This document shows, one piece after another, positions 19,495 to 34,153 of a DNA stretch of 64,000 nt. This DNA comes from Eledone cirrhosa (taxonomy: Eukaryota). Under the pieces are notes generated by a model. It ran no database searches and had not been told where the DNA came from. It saw only the letters and a program-made list of their open reading frames with translations. Location: the NCBI GenBank assembly GCA_964016885.1, contig CAXHJY010000023.1, positions 62,001 through 126,000 on the forward strand. Direction: 5' to 3'. How positions within the stretch are numbered: the stretch's first letter is position 1; every line of letters starts with the position of its first letter. Made by a program: the position numbers and the translations under genes.

Positions 19495-20352
19495 ATATTA
19501 GAAAGATCGAGTATCGAAAAATCGGCGCACGAGTTCACGATAAACGAAATTCGATATGAGCGGCAGAGGGCTCAATAATTCAGATGAATCAGAGCTATAA
19601 CTATCGTTAAAATACCGTCACATATAGAACAAGTCTACAATCAACCATACGATTTAAAATCGATAAAGGAAGATTCGGGCCAAACAGATAAAAAATATCA
19701 ATAAAACAATACGTCAATAATTTAAATGAATGTAAAATCATACCCGGACCCACTAGACAGGTGTTAAATCTAGCTTCATGGGTTTCTGTAAATCCTTAGA
19801 CTGTACTCTATCAGCTCACATATAAATATAAAAGCCTACTAGAGTAAGTGGAACGGAGGTTTACGTTATCAACGAGTTTTTTCCTGGCGGCAGAGGAGCC
19901 AACTACCAGTGAAAAACGCACATGGCATTAGACAAGGGAGATGACCCCTATATCCGCGAAAACAATTCGAGTGAATGTGGAAATACACATATCGAATTAG
20001 AGTGCTCAATAGACATGTTAAAATAAAACAAAAGCTATTCATCACTCAATAGAATTGACAAAAAATGAGCAATAAAATTAACTGGTGGATAGCTATGTCC
20101 AGAGCTAAATATATTAGAAAGATCGAGTATCGAAAAATCGGCGCACGAGTTCACGATAAACGAAATTCGATATGAGCGGCAGAGGGCTCAATAATTCAGA
20201 TGAATCAGAGCTATAACTATCGTTAAAATACCGTCACATATAGAACAAGTCTACAATCAACCATACGATTTAAAATCGATAAAGGAAGATTCGGGCCAAA
20301 CAGATAAAAAATATCAATAAAACAATACGTCAATAATTTAAATGAATGTAAA

Positions 20353-20358
<6 letters not shown>
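19495..20358. mobile_element. Element with ~247-bp apparently identical direct terminal repeats (period 616 bp), pLTR/LTR-like, in a TA tract
   Basis: 19495-19742 repeated at 20111-20358; non-coding interior. Confidence 0.75.
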
Positions 20359-20392
<34 letters not shown>

Positions 20393-20394
20393 TC

Positions 20395-20441
<47 letters not shown>

Positions 20442-21039
20442 CATATATATATACATATATATATATACGTATATATATATAAATATATATAAATATATAT
20501 ATGGATATATATGTATATATATATACATATATATATATACATATATATATATACGTATATATATATAAATATATATATGTATATATATACATATATACAT
20601 ATATATATAAATATAAATATGTATATATACATATATATATATACATATATACATATATATAAATATATATATGTATATATACATATATATATATATGTAT
20701 ATATACATATATATATACATATATATAAATATATATATGTATATATACATATATATATATATACATATATATATATACATATATATATGTATATATACAT
20801 ATATATATATATACATATATATATATACATATATAAATATATGTATATATATGTATATATACATATATATATATACATATATAAATATATGTATATATAT
20901 GTATATATACATATATATATATACATATATATATATATGTATATATATGTATATATACATATATATATATACATATATGTACATATATATACATATATAT
21001 AAATATATATATGTATATATACATACATATATACATACA

Positions 21040-21077
<38 letters not shown>

Positions 21078-21094
21078 CACATACATATATATAT

Positions 21095-21168
<74 letters not shown>

Positions 21169-21219
21169 TTATATATATATGTATATATATATTTATATAT
21201 ATATATGTATATATATATT

Positions 21220-21312
<93 letters not shown>

Positions 21313-21638
21313 TTATATATATATATATGTATGTATATATATGTATATATATATGTATATATATATTTATATATATATATGTATGTATATATATGTATAT
21401 ATATATGTATTTATATATATATGTATATAGATATATATTTATACATATATATGTATATATATATATGTATATATATGTATATATATATGTATATGTATAT
21501 ATATATGTATATGTATATATATATGTATATATATGTATATATATACGTATATATATATATATATGTATATGTGTATATATATATATGTATATATGTATAT
21601 ATACAAGTATATGTATATATATATATATATATGTAGAG

Positions 21639-21694
<56 letters not shown>

Positions 21695-21869
21695 GTATAT
21701 GTATATACATATGTATATATATATATATATGCATATATGTATATATATATATGAATATATATATATATATGAATATATATATATATATATATGAATATAT
21801 ATATATATGAATATATATATATATGAATATATATATATATGAATATATATATATATATGAATATATATG

Positions 21870-21936
<67 letters not shown>

Positions 21937-22260
21937 GTATATATATATACAAAGATCGGAATAAAGAGTATTCCGCAGTTCACTGTAATAATAATAATAG
22001 TATTAGCTCAAAGAAGAATAGAGAATTTCCTTCTGGGCTCAAATGCAAGTATATATTACACAAAGAGAAATGTGTTACACAGTGAGATGTGTGTAAAGAA
22101 TTATCACAAGTGATTTTACTGATTTAAACTCTAATCCAAAGATTTGATTCTGAAATAGTTTTTTTCTACTTAATTGCTAACCTGTAGATATTGTTCTCTA
22201 TACAGTAACGGTAAAATCACTTGCAATAATTGTATATATATATGTATATGTATATATATG

Positions 22261-22324
<64 letters not shown>

Positions 22325-22364
22325 TGTATATATAAATATATGTATATATATATATAAATATATG

Positions 22365-22428
<64 letters not shown>

Positions 22429-22492
22429 TATATGTATATATATATACATATATATGTATATATATATATGTATATATATATATAAATATATG

Positions 22493-22560
<68 letters not shown>

Positions 22561-22572
22561 CATATATATATG

Positions 22573-22604
<32 letters not shown>

Positions 22605-22616
22605 TATATGTATACA

Positions 22617-22757
<141 letters not shown>

Positions 22758-22786
22758 GTATATAAATATATGTATATAAATATATG

Positions 22787-22817
<31 letters not shown>

Positions 22818-23486
22818 GTATATATATATGTATGTGTGTGCGCCCGTATGTATGTGTATGTATACGTATTGATTAAGGTGGGATTTGAACTCAACTCGTA
22901 AAAAATTGTAAACTAAATACGGCACCGAGGTTCTATCGATTTTTAAATTCACCGCCCCACGGTAGTATATTTTTGGGGGAGAACATAAAGAAAATGAATA
23001 CGTAGTTATTAATAACAAATTAAACTAAAAGATATGAAAGGAACTTATTAATATTTATGCTGTGAGTGTTACGGGAATTTATGTGCGTACTGTTGTGTAT
23101 GTGTGTGTATATTTGTGTATGAATGTGTGTCTATGTTTCCATCTGTGTGATGATAAGTGTAGACGCCTCTACTTCCAGCATTTATGAAGGTTTTTATTTT
23201 ATTTTCAGTATGGTAATTTAATATGGAATTAGTTATTTAATTTAAGACCAATATGCTTAAAACCTCTCAAAAAGACACCACTCTTAAACATTTAAAGTTT
23301 AGAACAGACATTTGGGATTGCAAATATATATCGGAAAATCAGAATCAAATTAGTATAATTTATTTTACATCTTCAAAAGAATTATGCCACCCATACTGTC
23401 ACCGACCGAAATAGATATATGTACACCTGCAATATAGGTCTTTATAGATATGTATGTATATATATGTATATATATACATACGTATG

Positions 23487-23567
<81 letters not shown>

Positions 23568-23588
23568 ATATATATATATGTATATATG

Positions 23589-23629
<41 letters not shown>

Positions 23630-23666
23630 GTATATATATGTATATATATATATATGTATATATATG

Positions 23667-23735
<69 letters not shown>

Positions 23736-23770
23736 CTATATATATATATATGTGTGTGTATATATATATA

Positions 23771-23807
<37 letters not shown>

Positions 23808-23820
23808 GCATATGTATACT

Positions 23821-23865
<45 letters not shown>

Positions 23866-23872
23866 GTATATA

Positions 23873-23965
<93 letters not shown>

Positions 23966-24024
23966 GTGTATATATATATATGTATATATATGTATATATA
24001 TATGTGTATATATATGTATATATA

Positions 24025-24091
<67 letters not shown>

Positions 24092-24251
24092 ATATATATA
24101 TATATATATGTGTATATATATATATATATATGTGAATATATATATATATATGTGAGTGTATATATATATATATGTGTGTATATATATATATAAATATATA
24201 TATGTATATGTATATATATGTATATATATGTAAATATATAAAATATATAAA

Positions 24252-24677
24252 AGGAATTTCTTCAGAGCTGCTATGGAGTCTGTGCTTCTTTATGGGTCTA
24301 TCACTTGGACGCTAACGTCGAAACTGGAGATAAAGGTTGACGGGGCATACATACGTATGCTCCGTGCTGCGTCAAACGTGTCTTGGAAGGAACACCCAAC
24401 AAATAAGGATCTCTATGGCAATATACCACCTACCAGCAGATCAATGCTTGGATTCAGATTTGCTGGCCCCTGTTGGCGCAGCAAGGAAGAAATAGCAGGT
24501 GACGTGTTGTTATGGAGTCCATCTCATGGATCAACAAATCGCTGGCCGTCCCAAAAAGACATACGTCAAGCAACTTGAGGACGATACTGGATGCACTGCG
24601 GAAGAAGTTGCAAACGCTATGAGAGACAGAGATGGATGGACGAGGCGTGTCGTAGAAAGCCGAGCAAGCTTGACCAG

Positions 24678-24684
<7 letters not shown>
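24252..24684 (+). pseudogene. 5'-truncated, frameshifted RTE-type LINE; C-terminal part of the RT ORF
   Basis: Translation [79 protein letters not shown], typical of RTE ORF C-termini. Confidence 0.85.
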
Positions 24685-24730
<46 letters not shown>

Positions 24731-24732
<2 letters not shown>

Positions 24733-25013
24733 GATATTAACAAATGGAAACTATATTTATAAAACCATATTTATTTCATTATACATATTTCAAGGATACC
24801 AAGTTAAATTATGTTATGCCTTCATCAGACAAAATACAATATATAGCAGTTTTATAAATAAACATTGAGGTGCGCTTTCAAAATGCAACCGTTACTTTTG
24901 GAAGACATCAGGATATATATACACATATATATATATATGTATACATACTATCCTGATGTCTTGCAAAAGTAACGGTTGCATTTTGAAAGGGTACGTCAAT
25001 GTTTATTTATAAA
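24731..25013. mobile_element. Family B-related foldback element; HHR at 24772-24836 (-)
   Basis: Left part homologous to 9485-9625; inner inverted repeat ~24851-24915 / 24949-25013. Confidence 0.75.
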
Positions 25014-25035
25014 TATGTATATATATATATATAAA

Positions 25036-25176
<141 letters not shown>

Positions 25177-25197
25177 GTGTATATATGTATATATAAA

Positions 25198-25228
<31 letters not shown>

Positions 25229-25310
25229 ATATAAATATATATATATGTATATATGTATATATGTATATATGTATATATAAATATATATATATGTATATAT
25301 GTATATATGT

Positions 25311-25342
<32 letters not shown>

Positions 25343-25376
25343 GTATATATAAATATAAATATATATATATATATGT

Positions 25377-25409
<33 letters not shown>

Positions 25410-25411
25410 TA

Positions 25412-25700
25412 TAATTTTTATTATATATTTTTGCAATACTTTAGTGTATGTACACTCCATATTCTTCGGAGCTTCCGGCTTGTATCTGCCGATATTACTT
25501 CTTGTTGTTTTAATTGCCCTGATGAGTCCTTAATAGGACGAAACATTGTCGGCTAATAAAGACTTTCGATGTATTGAAGGCTTCTTTGTTTTACTCTCTT
25601 AATTTTTCGGCTCTGTTCAACTACATTGAGCTATACCTTTTACTGTCATTTCTATAATACGAAGAGGGTGTTTAACTCCAACACGCTCCAGTATTTTAAC

Positions 25701-25704
<4 letters not shown>
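25412..25704 (+). mobile_element. Family F HHR-bearing island in a TA tract
   Basis: Complex ~290-bp sequence bounded by TA repeats with a central HHR. Confidence 0.6.
25507..25563 (+). ncRNA. Canonical-core type I hammerhead ribozyme
   Basis: GCC-CTGATGA-GTCCTtaatAGGAC-GAAA-CattG-TC^GGC; all core nucleotides canonical, GUC triplet, predicted cleavage after 25550; stem I can extend imperfectly. Confidence 0.85.
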
Positions 25705-25751
<47 letters not shown>

Positions 25752-25870
25752 CGTATATATATATATATTTACATATATATATATATATTTACATATATAT
25801 ATATATATATTTACATATATATATATATATAAATATATATATTTACATATATATATATACATATATTTAC

Positions 25871-25931
<61 letters not shown>

Positions 25932-25948
25932 CACTGTATATATATACA

Positions 25949-25988
<40 letters not shown>

Positions 25989-26939
25989 CATACATGTGTA
26001 TATATATATATATTCCTTTCAACTAAACTGTATCCATTCAAATCTTTCTATTTTTCTCCGGATTACTTTTGGAACTACAACTGGAACCGTCGAGCAAACT
26101 CTACGTGAGCTGATAATCTACTGTGTGTAATATTTATATTACAACACAACGGAAAATACTGTATATATATATATATATATATATAACTGCATATATAGAG
26201 ATATACATTCAACGCTTACTTTGTATATATATACTTAATGCATAAATATATTTAGCCGCCCTAATATATTAGCGGTTATGGTGAAATCCTCATAGGGATA
26301 GTGTATGCTAGCAACGATTTCGTTCAAAATATCATTTGAATTGAAATTTAAATGTTAATACGTGTATAAATTTAGCAGATGGATATATGTCTGTATGGCG
26401 TCTGTCCATGTGTATGATCAGAGTTATATACGTGCCCGTGTGCAATATTTCTAGAAACTTTACAGATTATACTCTTAGACAAATTTGAGTAGCTAATGTA
26501 GATAACAAGTTAAAGGACTTATTTAGAAATCATGGTTTTCCTTGTTTCTGTTGTGTGAAAATAACCCATATTATCTGTGACTCCGAAAATTCAACATTTG
26601 TTCGTTTTCACGGATATTATACATTTTAAATATTTAACGATTGCTTTGCATTTATGAGACACATTTAGACTGTCCTCTTGTATTATGAACTAAAAAATAT
26701 ATTTTGCAGAAAGGATGCGTTACTCGATAAAGTGAATAACTCGCATATCAGAGTCACTCCAGGTAGAACTGTTAGTTCTCTGAATTAAGAGATCACAGCT
26801 CCGATACAATGGTCATGTGGTTAGAATATCACATGAAAGAATCGCTGGACAGATTTTACCGGCAAAATCAACGGGTAGCAGACCCACGGTTAGACCCCGA
26901 GCAAGATAATTGGTTAACATCCAGGAGCTTGGCTGGTCA

Positions 26940-27300
26940 CACTTTGATCAATTGGAGACAGCATGCTCATGAAGGTATCCTACAGGTGACTGAGCATACA
27001 ATCCACATGACTACACCTAACGTAATTATCCAGGTGATTGAATGTGATCATTCTCACATTTTTGACAAGGCTGGTGTTTGAAATAGAAGTACAGTGAATC
27101 CGACGGGCTTAGAAATAGATTCTGTCCACAAAATCTCCTCACAAGTCATTGAATTTAAAACTGATTTATATTAGTTAAGTGGACTGGAGCAAAGTGATAC
27201 AAGGTTCCTTGCCCAAGTACACAACGTGCCTCGTCATATCGAACTTATGATCTTATGATCGTGCACCAAACACCCTAACCTCTAAGCCCTAAGCCACCTA
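26940..27300 (-). mobile_element. Degenerate SINE fragments
   Basis: Similar to 37820-37975, 38460-38665 and 38190-38305. Confidence 0.5.
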
Positions 27301-28229
27301 GCCTCAGACCTAACCACTAAGCCACATACCTTCAGATACTTAAATGAGAAGATACTACACACATACACGCACCAGACGTATTACAGGTCTTTCACACACC
27401 CTAACCACTAAACCACGTGTTTTCAGAGAAGTATATAAGAAAAGTATACACACATACACTCACTAGACATACATACGTACTATAGGCCGTTTTCAAACAC
27501 AGCTGACTACAGGTAACAAGTCCAACTGCCTTGTAGTGGGATTAAACTCGGGGCTTAATGTTTGCAAACTTAACCATTTCACCATTGTCCGTGCACACTT
27601 TATAAAGAGACAGTAAGAAAGGAATAACATATGTTAGCAGGGCAGCAGAAAATAGATATGTTGGTAGTAATAGCTATATACATATGTTCATGTATCACTC
27701 TTGATTAAGAAATTCACGGATAGAGAATGATTGATACGTGGTGTATGTAAATTACATTTCCTTTTCTAAGATCGGCACGAAATCGAAGAGAAAATAGACC
27801 TACTTTTAGCGGTAACAAGCAGAAATAATTTACTGTTTCAGTTGTTCTTTCAGCTAAGAACATGTCTTGTATTGAGACTAACTAAAAGAAGTAATTCCGG
27901 TGGAAGTAGGAAATTCGGTTGCTGCAATGGATGAAGAAAGGATGCATAACTATAAATATGTCAGCAACAAAATGGCTTGCAGCTGTAATTACTAGGAAAG
28001 CTATGACATGTCTTGTGTCTCTAATACATACAAGATGGCCTGTGGCAGTATGATGTTAATTCCTTTGTGATTCACCTTTCACTCCGCAAGCATTAAGTCG
28101 CGGTTTCAATCGCACTGAATGATATTAAGAACACGTGCTTTTTAAAATAACCTCGGATCAAGCCATGACTTGTGAGTGGAACTGTGTGGACAGAACCTGT
28201 TCGGAAGACCAGCAAATTGACGGTTTTTA

Positions 28230-28390
28230 TAATGGAAAAGGACATCATTGTGATACGATGGGTCACACTGAATCTCAACAAGAACGAGGTTAATGATACA
28301 CGTGTCTGTGGAATAGTCAGCTTCTTAAATATTAGTTTAGTAGACAGGCTGGTCTGTTGAACCGAATAACTGGAATAGCTGTCGTCAATG
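28230..28390 (+). mobile_element. Degenerate SINE fragment, opposite orientation to 37820-37975
   Basis: Reverse complement ...TATTCCACAGACACGTGTATCATTAACC... resembles TATTCCAGAGATACGTGTAACCTT at 37883-37906. Confidence 0.5.
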
Positions 28391-28429
28391 GAAGTCAACT
28401 CTATTCTACTCTGTTTATACATGTTGAAC

Positions 28430-29244
28430 ATGGTGGTGGTGGTGGTGGTGGTCGTCGTCGTCGTTATAGTGGTGGTGGTGGGTATGGTGGGGGTGGTGGT
28501 TATAGTGGGGGCGGGGGTGAGTAGTGGTGGTGGTATTGTTGTTGTTGGTGGTGGTGGTGTTGATGGTTGGTGGTGGTTGTAGTGGTGGTGGTGGTGGTGG
28601 TGATGTTGGTGGGGAGATGGTGGTGATGGTGGTGGTAATGGTGGTTGTGGTGGTGGTAATGGTGGTTGTGGTGGTGGTGGTGGTGGCGGTGGAGGCTGTG
28701 GTGGTGTTGATAGTGGTGGTGGTGGTGGTGGTGGTGCTGGTGGTGGTGCTGGTGTTGATGGTGGTGAAGGTTTTGATGGTGGTGAATGTGGTGGTGGTTG
28801 TTGTGTTGATGGCGGTGGTGGTCGGAGAAGGCGGTGGTGTTGGTGATGGTGGTGTTGATGGTGGTGGTGGTGGTGGTGATGGTGGTCGTGATGGTGAAGG
28901 TTTTCATGGTGGTGAAGGTGGTGTTGGTGGTGGTGTTAGTGGTGGTGGTGGTAGTAGTAGTAGTAGTAGTGGCGGTGGTGGTAATAGTAATGGTAGTAGT
29001 AGGTAGTAGTAGTAGTAGTAATGGTAGTAGTATTAGCGGTGGTAGTACTGATAGTATTAGTAGTGGTGGTAATGGTGGTAGTAGTAGTAGTGGTAGTAGT
29101 AGTCGTAGTAGTCGTATTAGTGGTGGTAGTAGCAGTAGTAGTAGTAGTAGTGGTGGTGGTGGTGGTGGTGGTGGTGGTGGTGGTGAATAGTGGTGCTGTG
29201 GTGCGATGTGTTGGCATGATGATGATGACGACGATGATGATGAT
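28430..29244. repeat. Degenerate (GGT)n/(AGT)n/(GAT)n trinucleotide repeat
   Basis: Direct inspection; explains the poly-V/G/S/T/H ORFs. Confidence 0.95.
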
Positions 29245-29906
29245 TATATATAAATATATATATTAAAATGTGTATTTTAACTCCTAGAATTAACGATTAA
29301 CTGATTAATTTAATTAGACAATTCTATTGACTGATTAATTGTTTATGGTTGTTAGATAACTTCTTTTTAGTGCTTAATTCGGTTTGTCCAAGGGAATTGC
29401 ATTCCTTTGTCTCAAATTTCGAATTCACCGCCAAAACGGGGTTACCTCCATAGCGAAATGTAGTGCTAGAGAACACCCGCAGAGGCTAAAGAACACAAGA
29501 CTTGGTGAAGAAGTAAATCCTTTGTTCTGTCGTCAAAAACCATTAACTTGCAGACCCCTGCAAGCGGAATTAGTCGATCTCGGATTTACAGAAACCTAGC
29601 GTGGATGTTGTGTGTTGTATGTGAAGTATATCGTATGCTATACGATATGCATTATATATTGCATTCGCTCCCCGCGCGATGGTCCAGGTCAGTCTCAAAA
29701 TCTTTTCCTGAGTCTAACCATTTTCGTTGCTATGGCAATGCGGCTGGACTGCCGATCGCTATATTTGATTTGCAAAGCTGCCTAAACGTATTGTTATTAC
29801 TCTGGGGTATCATTCTCTATCGAGTGCTAAAGCTACATTCCGAATTTGCATTCGTTAGCTTAGCCGCTGCCTAAAGCTTCGTTAATATTGTACTAAAATG
29901 TGTGTG

Positions 29907-29946
<40 letters not shown>

Positions 29947-29950
<4 letters not shown>

Positions 29951-30243
29951 GGAGGTGAGTTTTATTGTAGTACAATAAAGCAATGCAGATATCGGATAAG
30001 AAGCACTCTACAGTTTGTAGGACTGGAGTATACATAATATATCAGAACAAAAGATGGTTAAAAGATATGCTCTGATATGTTGATTTAAAACTGCACTATC
30101 CACAAGTGTTTTTTAAACTTCATATCATGTCTTCCTGTTTTATCTGATGAAAACACAAATATTATTGCATGATGATATTTGTTTTTGAAATGCGCATAAT
30201 AAAATACATGGAACTCTTTTAACCATCTTTTGTTCTTATATAT

Positions 30244-30245
<2 letters not shown>
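29947..30245 (-). mobile_element. Family C PLE-like element (tail at left, short direct arm, inverted arm with HHR at 30136-30206 +)
   Basis: TGTTTTAT-CTGATGA-long stem II-GAAA-TGCGCA-TA^ATAAAATA; tail matches 58866-58953. Confidence 0.85.
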
Positions 30246-30276
<31 letters not shown>

Positions 30277-30397
30277 ATATATATATAAATATATGACCTT
30301 GAAAGGTTTTGGCCAGTATCGGTCCAGGCGATGTCTAACATAATAGCACCACCTGGAAAATATGTATATATATATATATATATATAGATATAGATAT

Positions 30398-30545
30398 AAA
30401 TGAAATAATACTGTCGGAAAGGTACAGGAAAAAAGAGTGCTCTGTTTAGGCTACAGAGCTTTCTGACGACTGAAAACATAAAACATCTGCTTTCAAGAAA
30501 CCACTGGTAAATGAAATGATTATCTTATGTTGTTTATTACATAAC

Positions 30546-30604
<59 letters not shown>

Positions 30605-30665
30605 GAAGTAATTCCGTCGGAAAGGTACAGGAAAAAAGAGTGCTCTATGTAGGCTACAGAGCTTA
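30398..30665 (+). mobile_element. Family E partial tandem (30398-30461 repeated at 30601-30664) with a possible degenerate HHR at 30458-30515
   Basis: CTGACGA-cTGAAA...TTTCAa-GAAA-CCactGG-TA; stem I is weak. Confidence 0.5.
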
Positions 30666-30726
30666 TAATCACAAATTTATCACTGCGTCACGCGCCTTCA
30701 TTATATGCAGTATATATTTACAGAAG

Positions 30727-30911
30727 GGCGGTGGATTGGCAGTGTGGGTAGAGAGTCGGACGCCATGCTTTGAAGTATAGAGTTACTGCCTTTGCCATTC
30801 TGAGTTCAAATCCCGCCGAGGTAACTTTGCCTTTCATCCATACGGTGTCGATAAAATAAAGTACCAGTAACACACTGGGGTAATTGCTGGCCTTGTTCCA
30901 AAAGTAGAAAC
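30727..30911 (+). mobile_element. tRNA-derived SINE, same family as 16893
   Basis: A and B boxes plus homology with 16893-17075. Confidence 0.8.
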
Positions 30912-30942
30912 ATATATATATATATATGTGTATATATATATA

Positions 30943-30983
<41 letters not shown>

Positions 30984-31018
30984 CGTGTATATATATATAT
31001 ATATATATATATGTGTGC

Positions 31019-31091
<73 letters not shown>

Positions 31092-31102
31092 ATATATCAA
31101 TA

Positions 31103-31180
31103 CTATTAATAAATGGAACTATATTTATAAAACAATATATATTTCATTATATATATTTCAAGGGTACCAACATGTTGGTA
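31103..31180 (-). mobile_element. Truncated family B arm
   Basis: TATTAATAAATGGAACTATATTTATAAAAC..ATTTCATTATATATATTTCAAGG. Confidence 0.6.
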
Positions 31181-31637
31181 CATATATCACATATATATGT
31201 GCGTGTGTGTGTATGTGTGTGCGTGTGTGTGTATGTGTGTGTGTATGTGTGTATGTGTGTGTGTATGTGCGTGTGTGTATATATGTATGTGTCTATATAT
31301 ATATATATATATAGAGAGAGACACGTACATATATACATACACACACACATACATATACAGTATATATATAAAGTCACAAATTTATCATATACCAACACGA
31401 GCGCAGGTAATATTATTACCTTTATCAAGAAATATTTCAATAAGTGATAGGTTATATAAGCTGAGCTGTACTTATATGTACAATATGCTATAGCTGAGGT
31501 CCCCACGTCCTCGGGGACCTCAGCTTTAGCATATATTTTTATTTTATCATTAGTCTTGAATATATATAGATATAACCATATCACTGGACTATATATATAT
31601 CTCTCTCTTTTCTCTCCTCTCTCTCTCTCTCTCTCCC

Positions 31638-31672
<35 letters not shown>

Positions 31673-31770
31673 TACAGAGAGAGATAGAGGCAGGGAGAGA
31701 GAGATAGTGAGAGAGATAGAGAGATAGAGAGGAAGATATAGATATATACTTAGACAGATACAGACGCACA

Positions 31771-31801
<31 letters not shown>

Positions 31802-32036
31802 AGTCAGAGAGAAAGAGAGAGAGAACGAGACAGGGAGATAGAAATAGAGATAGAAAGAAAGAGAGAGAGAAAGACAGAGTGGGAGAGAGAGAGGTAGAGA
31901 GAGAGAGAGAGAAAGCATATAGAAATGACCAATAACCTATATCGGGTTATTGGTCATTTCTCTGCCAGTCTTGTTTACATGAGGAGAATGATAAAGCCAG
32001 GATTACTAGAAAGTCTATTGGATAAAATGAGAACTT

Positions 32037-32072
<36 letters not shown>

Positions 32073-32324
32073 GCACACACATCCACACACTTCCGCTCGC
32101 TTTCTCTCCATTTACGGGTCATTGCTGTCTGACATTCGACGTGCAGTTTATATAAACAGACGTAATATCCACACACTATCAACACACACACACACACACA
32201 CACACTGACAGACATACGCATAGAATCACAAGCCGTGTGTACAGATACATACACACTCAGATATACATACAAACACACAACATATATATATATAATATAT
32301 AATATATATATAAGTTGATATAGA

Positions 32325-32791
32325 TATCCCAGTAGGTACTAGGTACCCAAAGAAATATATATGGTGTCTATAATAGTGGTTGTTCTATGGTACTAATTTG
32401 AGATACCAGGACTGTAAATATGAGCGGAACAAGTAAACATTAAACAATCTTTTAAATAATTAAAAATACTATTTAAATATTTACCTCTTCTAGTGCCATG
32501 ACGACGGTTTCGCTTATCAAAAGATTGGAATTCAGAGAATTTCCAATGGAAGGATATAGCTATTTTATCGGCTTGATTCATTCACTGGGCAGAGGGTGAT
32601 ATATCTACATCTATACGGACTTATGTCTAGTAGATTTGGAAAACCTATCTGAAGAACTATATCTTTCATTGGAAATTCTCTGAATTTCCAATTTTTGATA
32701 AGTGAAACCGTCGGTCATGGCACTAGAAGAGGTAAATATTTAAATCGTATTTTAATTTATTTAAAAGATTGTTTAATGTTTACTTGTTCCG

Positions 32792-32798
<7 letters not shown>
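32325..32798 (-). mobile_element. Family D foldback element (arms ~32418-32560 and ~32656-32798, tail at left); HHR at 32645-32720 (+)
   Basis: ~140-bp inverted repeat; CTAT-CTGAAGA-ACT..ATTGGAAATTctctgAATTTCCAAT..AGT-GAAA-CCgtcGG-TC^ATGG. Confidence 0.8.
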
Positions 32799-32849
<51 letters not shown>

Positions 32850-33174
32850 GTGTGTGTGTACATATTTATATATATATATATGTACATATTTATTACAATA
32901 TATTAATTCAAAACATTAATAAATATAGACAGTCATGTGATCAAATATATTTTATTATATATATTTCAGAGGTATTGTGCTGTTTCCTTAGTACGTCCTC
33001 ATCAGATAAATAATTGATGCTGACATACCTCAACGGGGCTGATGGTTCAATTCCAACAACGTTTAACTGGGTTATATATATATATTTATAACGTAATATG
33101 TACAATAAAAATGGCCGCACAACCTGGGGTTCCTACACACACACCTTTCCTAATTTATCTACTATAGCTAGACA

Positions 33175-33350
33175 TATATGGTTTTGTATTGTAAATATAC
33201 CGTTATATATATGAGTACATGTATAGTTATGTATTGTAAATATACGGTTATATATATGGTTACATATATAGTTATGTATTGTGTATATATGGTTACATAT
33301 ATAGTTATGTATTGTGTATATATGATTATATATATGTATTGTATAGATAT
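33175..33350. repeat. Degenerate ~33-45-bp minisatellite
   Basis: Recurrent ATATATGGTTACATATATAGTTATGTATTGT. Confidence 0.75.
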
Positions 33351-33354
33351 AGTT

Positions 33355-33560
33355 ATTATCAGCATCCTCGTTTAACATCTATCTTCCACGCTAGCAGGGG
33401 TTTATACGGGAATGGTCCCACTTGAGGCCAGATTGGTTGTCTCGCTCGTATAGGACTGTCTGGCAGGCTTTCTACGGCTGGATGCCCTTCCTAACACTAA
33501 CCACGTTTACAGTGTGGACTGGGGGGTTTTCACCGTGTTACCTACACGACCACATTACAG
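33355..33560 (-). mobile_element. SINE/LINE 3' fragment
   Basis: TTCTACGGCTGGATGCCCTTCCTAAC motif recalled from mollusc interspersed repeats; not verified. Confidence 0.45.
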
Positions 33561-33931
33561 TGTTGACTGTGTGTTTTTTTTGTCGTGACACCTACATGAC
33601 CTCATTTATTTAGGACTGGATGTTGTGGTACCAACATAACTTTACAGAGAAAGGGGTGGTGTTGATGGAGGTGGGGGAGTTGGGGTAGTGTGATGGGGTG
33701 TATATTTGTTTTTTATATATGTAGTGTATATATATATATATATATATATGGTTATATATATATATATCTATATAAATGTAATCTGAGATTTTTGAATATT
33801 AATAATAATATTCGATTTGTTATACATATATATGTGTGTGTGTGTGTGTGAGTGTATGGTTTGTGGTGTGTGGTGTGTGTGTGTCTGCGCGCGCGTTTGT
33901 GTGGGCGAATATAATATATGTATATATATAT

Positions 33932-34088
33932 AACAAAATATAATATAAAAAGGCTTCTACAGTACTAGAACAGTTTCATTTGAAGGAAATCGTCAGGAAA
34001 GCTTCTCTAATGATTTCCTTCTAGTATTATATATTAAATTTTGTTGTATATCTTACTGTGGTTACGCCTGATTGAACTCGGGACTCAC
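33932..34088 (+). mobile_element. Diverged family A-like element with a degenerate HHR (-)
   Basis: GGCTTCTACAGTACTAGAACAGTTTCAT..AAATCGTCAGGAA; tail CTTACTGTGGTTAC..TTGAACTCGGG. Confidence 0.65.
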
Positions 34089-34153
34089 ACCCACACACAC
34101 AAAGACCTATATATATATATTATATATATATATGTATATATATATGTATAAAT

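Noticed and set aside
28388-29266. His/Thr/Gly/Val-rich ORFs
   Set aside because: Translations of trinucleotide repeats
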